NCBI GenBank assembly: GCA_965235115.1
Contig: OZ249447.1
Location: 26,660,001-26,724,000 of the forward strand
Source of the DNA: Laetmonice hystrix
Lineage: Eukaryota
DNA length: 64,000 bases
Direction of reading: 5' to 3'
Shown piece by piece: positions 63,301 through 64,000 of the stretch. Numbering within the stretch: the first letter of the stretch is position 1; every line of letters begins with the position of its first letter. The translations under genes and the position numbers were made by a program. The notes beneath the pieces were generated by a model. It searched no databases. It saw only the letters and a program-made list of their open reading frames with translations, and was not told the origin of the DNA.

Positions 63301-64000
63301 GTTTGATATGAAGTGTTTTTTTGTAAACACAACTTGTCACATAATAGTATTTTAACAGTCGGAGAGCTGAGATACTAGATCTGAGAGCAGATCTGCCTCG
63401 AGGGGTTCTATAAACATTGTGGAGTATTATACGATTGAGTCACCAACAAAAGATGTGGAGACTTTGTCATTTCACAATAATGATGAGAGGTGGTTGTGTT
63501 TGTAGCTGCTCAAGGATGGTGAAGTAGAGAACTTTGCGACAACCAGTGATGGAGAGATTACCAAGTTTACATCACTCCTCCACATGCGTCACATCACGGA
63601 CGAGGCTGAAGGCACATATCAATGTGTTATTTCTAACAGTCTGGGCTCAACCTACTCCAAGAAAGCCTCCATTACTGTTCACGGTAAGCATGGAGAAATC
63701 AGATTGTAAAATAAACCTGTGGAAATTAAACATTAGCAGCCATTTCTAGATCCCAGTGGTGGTATAATAATATATAAACATAAAAGAAATGTCAAATATA
63801 TAAAAATAAAAAAAAATATTTATTTTATTTATTTATTTTTAATTTTTTTTTTAAATATATAAGCATGTGATTTTGTGTGTTTCAGTGTATCCGACGTTCA
63901 CCAAAGTCCCCAAGGACGTGACGGTACGGGCAGGGACGGCAGCCCGGTTGGAATGTGCAGCTCTGGGTCACCCACAGCCCGAGATCGCCTGGCAGAAGGA
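16996..64000 (+). CDS. LRIG: LRIG-family type I membrane protein (LRR + Ig domains), 3'-partial. join(16996..17180,19232..19303,38089..38160,38877..38948,44276..44413,51016..51159,54987..55133,55970..56041,61618..61689,62008..62151,62359..62583,62707..62870,63110..63246,63506..63683,63886..>64000)
   Basis: Manual splicing gives one open frame of 645 codons with GT-AG at all 14 introns. Family hallmarks: [89 protein letters not shown]. The paralogue number cannot be assigned. Confidence 0.96.
18283..18482. repeat. Degenerate minisatellite, 60-62 bp unit x~3.2, in LRIG intron 1
   Basis: actgtgag recurs at 18287, 18349, 18411, 18471. Confidence 0.9.
19232..19303 (+). CDS. LRIG: LRIG exon 2, single LRR ([24 protein letters not shown])
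   Basis: ttcctctgtttcAG acceptor, CT|GTAAGT donor, 72 nt, phase 2-2, canonical LRR spacing. Confidence 0.88.
28515..29024. repeat. Minisatellite, 51-bp unit x10, in LRIG intron 2
   Basis: cacagatacagaagtgtagttaccgtccaccgtacaggtcaccgacacggc; near-perfect copies, the last one interrupted. Confidence 0.97.
33336..33361. repeat. (CT)n microsatellite
   Basis: Read directly from the sequence. Confidence 0.75.
38089..38160 (+). CDS. LRIG: LRIG exon 3, LRR ([24 protein letters not shown])
   Basis: tttttcAG / CT|GTAAGT, 72 nt, phase 2-2. Confidence 0.93.
38877..38948 (+). CDS. LRIG: LRIG exon 4, LRR ([24 protein letters not shown])
   Basis: tatgttccAG / CT|GTAAGT, 72 nt, phase 2-2. Confidence 0.93.
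43156..44294 (+). repeat. Minisatellite, 62-63 bp unit x~19, made of 44 nt of intron 4 end plus the first 19 nt of exon 5
   Basis: Unit tggaactaaagttgatgatgtttgtgtttttgtgattgttacAG|aaatcataaccggatcagt; the last copy is the true exon start. Confidence 0.97.
44276..44413 (+). CDS. LRIG: LRIG exon 5, two LRRs ([46 protein letters not shown])
   Basis: Acceptor ttgttacAG is the last unit of the 63-bp array; donor CT|GTAAGT; 138 nt; completes the LIL|NHN repeat begun in exon 4. Confidence 0.93.
47156..47169. promoter_or_regulatory. RFX X-box-like motif GTTGCCATGACAAC
   Basis: Matches GTHNYY-AT-RRNAAC; similar sites at 13920, 24505 and 33162. Confidence 0.35.
48548..48560 (-). promoter_or_regulatory. 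Perfect nuclear-receptor DR1 element AGGTCA-A-AGGTCA
   Basis: TGACCTTTGACCT on the + strand. Confidence 0.35.
48999..49370. repeat. Minisatellite of mixed 32/35-bp units x11 in intron 5
   Basis: actgg core at 49009, 49044, 49076, 49111, 49146, 49181, 49213, 49245, 49277, 49309, 49344. Confidence 0.93.
51016..51159 (+). CDS. LRIG: LRIG exon 6, two LRRs ([48 protein letters not shown])
   Basis: gtgtttcAG / CT|GTAAGT, 144 nt. Confidence 0.94.
51219..51724. repeat. Minisatellite, 28-bp unit x18, at the start of intron 6
   Basis: agattgcagagagaaacagtggtgccag at exact 28-nt spacing. Confidence 0.97.
52776..52822. repeat. 25-bp tandem duplication containing GGGACACT x4
   Basis: actgggacactgagggacacta at 52776 and 52801. 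Confidence 0.85.
54262..54344. repeat. Imperfect (CTG)n trinucleotide repeat, intronic
   Basis: Read directly from the sequence. Confidence 0.88.
54987..55133 (+). CDS. LRIG: LRIG exon 7, two LRRs ([49 protein letters not shown])
   Basis: tctgttgcAG / CT|GTGAGT, 147 nt. Confidence 0.95.
55970..56041 (+). CDS. LRIG: LRIG exon 8, LRR ([24 protein letters not shown])
   Basis: atttttcAG / TT|GTAAGT, 72 nt. Confidence 0.95.
56382..58195. repeat. Satellite, 26-bp unit x~70 with higher-order structure, in intron 8
   Basis: ccagtatggaaccgctaccactataa plus variant monomers. Confidence 0.98.
59389..59456. repeat. 33-bp tandem duplication
   Basis: tagagatatgttaaaatg(a/g)cggtggtgtatctg at 59389 and 59422. 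Confidence 0.88.
61618..61689 (+). CDS. LRIG: LRIG exon 9, LRR ([24 protein letters not shown])
   Basis: cccttcAG / CT|GTAAGT, 72 nt. Confidence 0.95.
62008..62151 (+). CDS. LRIG: LRIG exon 10, two LRRs ([48 protein letters not shown])
   Basis: ttcttctccAG / CT|GTAAGT, 144 nt. Confidence 0.95.
62254..62297 (-). promoter_or_regulatory. Two tandem CTCF-like motifs in intron 10
   Basis: CGCCGCTAGGTGGCAG and CTACACTAGGTGGCAG on the minus strand, 28 nt apart. Confidence 0.4.
62359..62583 (+). CDS. LRIG: LRIG exon 11, three LRRs ([18 protein letters not shown]...HIPSLREL)
   Basis: gttttacAG / CT|GTAAGT, 225 nt. Confidence 0.95.
62707..62870 (+). CDS. LRIG: LRIG exon 12, LRRCT ([20 protein letters not shown]...[22 protein letters not shown])
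   Basis: gtttgtttcAG / A|GTAAGT, 164 nt, phase 2-1. Confidence 0.95.
63110..63246 (+). CDS. LRIG: LRIG exon 13, first half of Ig domain 1
   Basis: gtgttgcAG / ATT|GTGAGT, 137 nt, phase 1-0; [30 protein letters not shown]. Confidence 0.95.
63506..63683 (+). CDS. LRIG: LRIG exon 14, second half of Ig domain 1
   Basis: gtttgtAG / G|GTAAGC, 178 nt; [38 protein letters not shown]. Confidence 0.94.
63886..64000 (+). CDS. LRIG: LRIG exon 15 (partial), start of Ig domain 2
   Basis: gtgtttcAG; [37 protein letters not shown] runs off the window. Confidence 0.94.

Overview
Eukaryotic (bilaterian invertebrate-like) genomic DNA; the species cannot be determined from the sequence. About 47 kb is occupied by one + strand gene, an LRIG-family receptor (LRIG1/2/3, Drosophila lambik). 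I assembled 15 coding exons by hand (16996 to the window end, 645 codons, all GT-AG introns, frame continuous). They encode a signal peptide, LRRNT, 16 LRRs, LRRCT, Ig1 and the start of Ig2. No other protein-coding gene, transposon ORF, tRNA/rRNA or CRISPR array is supported, and almost all ORF-track entries are spurious. The non-coding DNA is rich in minisatellites (about 5.6 kb in eight arrays) and carries MITE-like fragments and candidate regulatory motifs. The main observation is a 62-63 bp minisatellite built from the LRIG exon-5 splice acceptor itself. It places 17 intact decoy acceptors upstream of the real one, and every decoy would give a premature stop. The gene also has one more symmetric 72-nt LRR exon than the 15-LRR vertebrate architecture.
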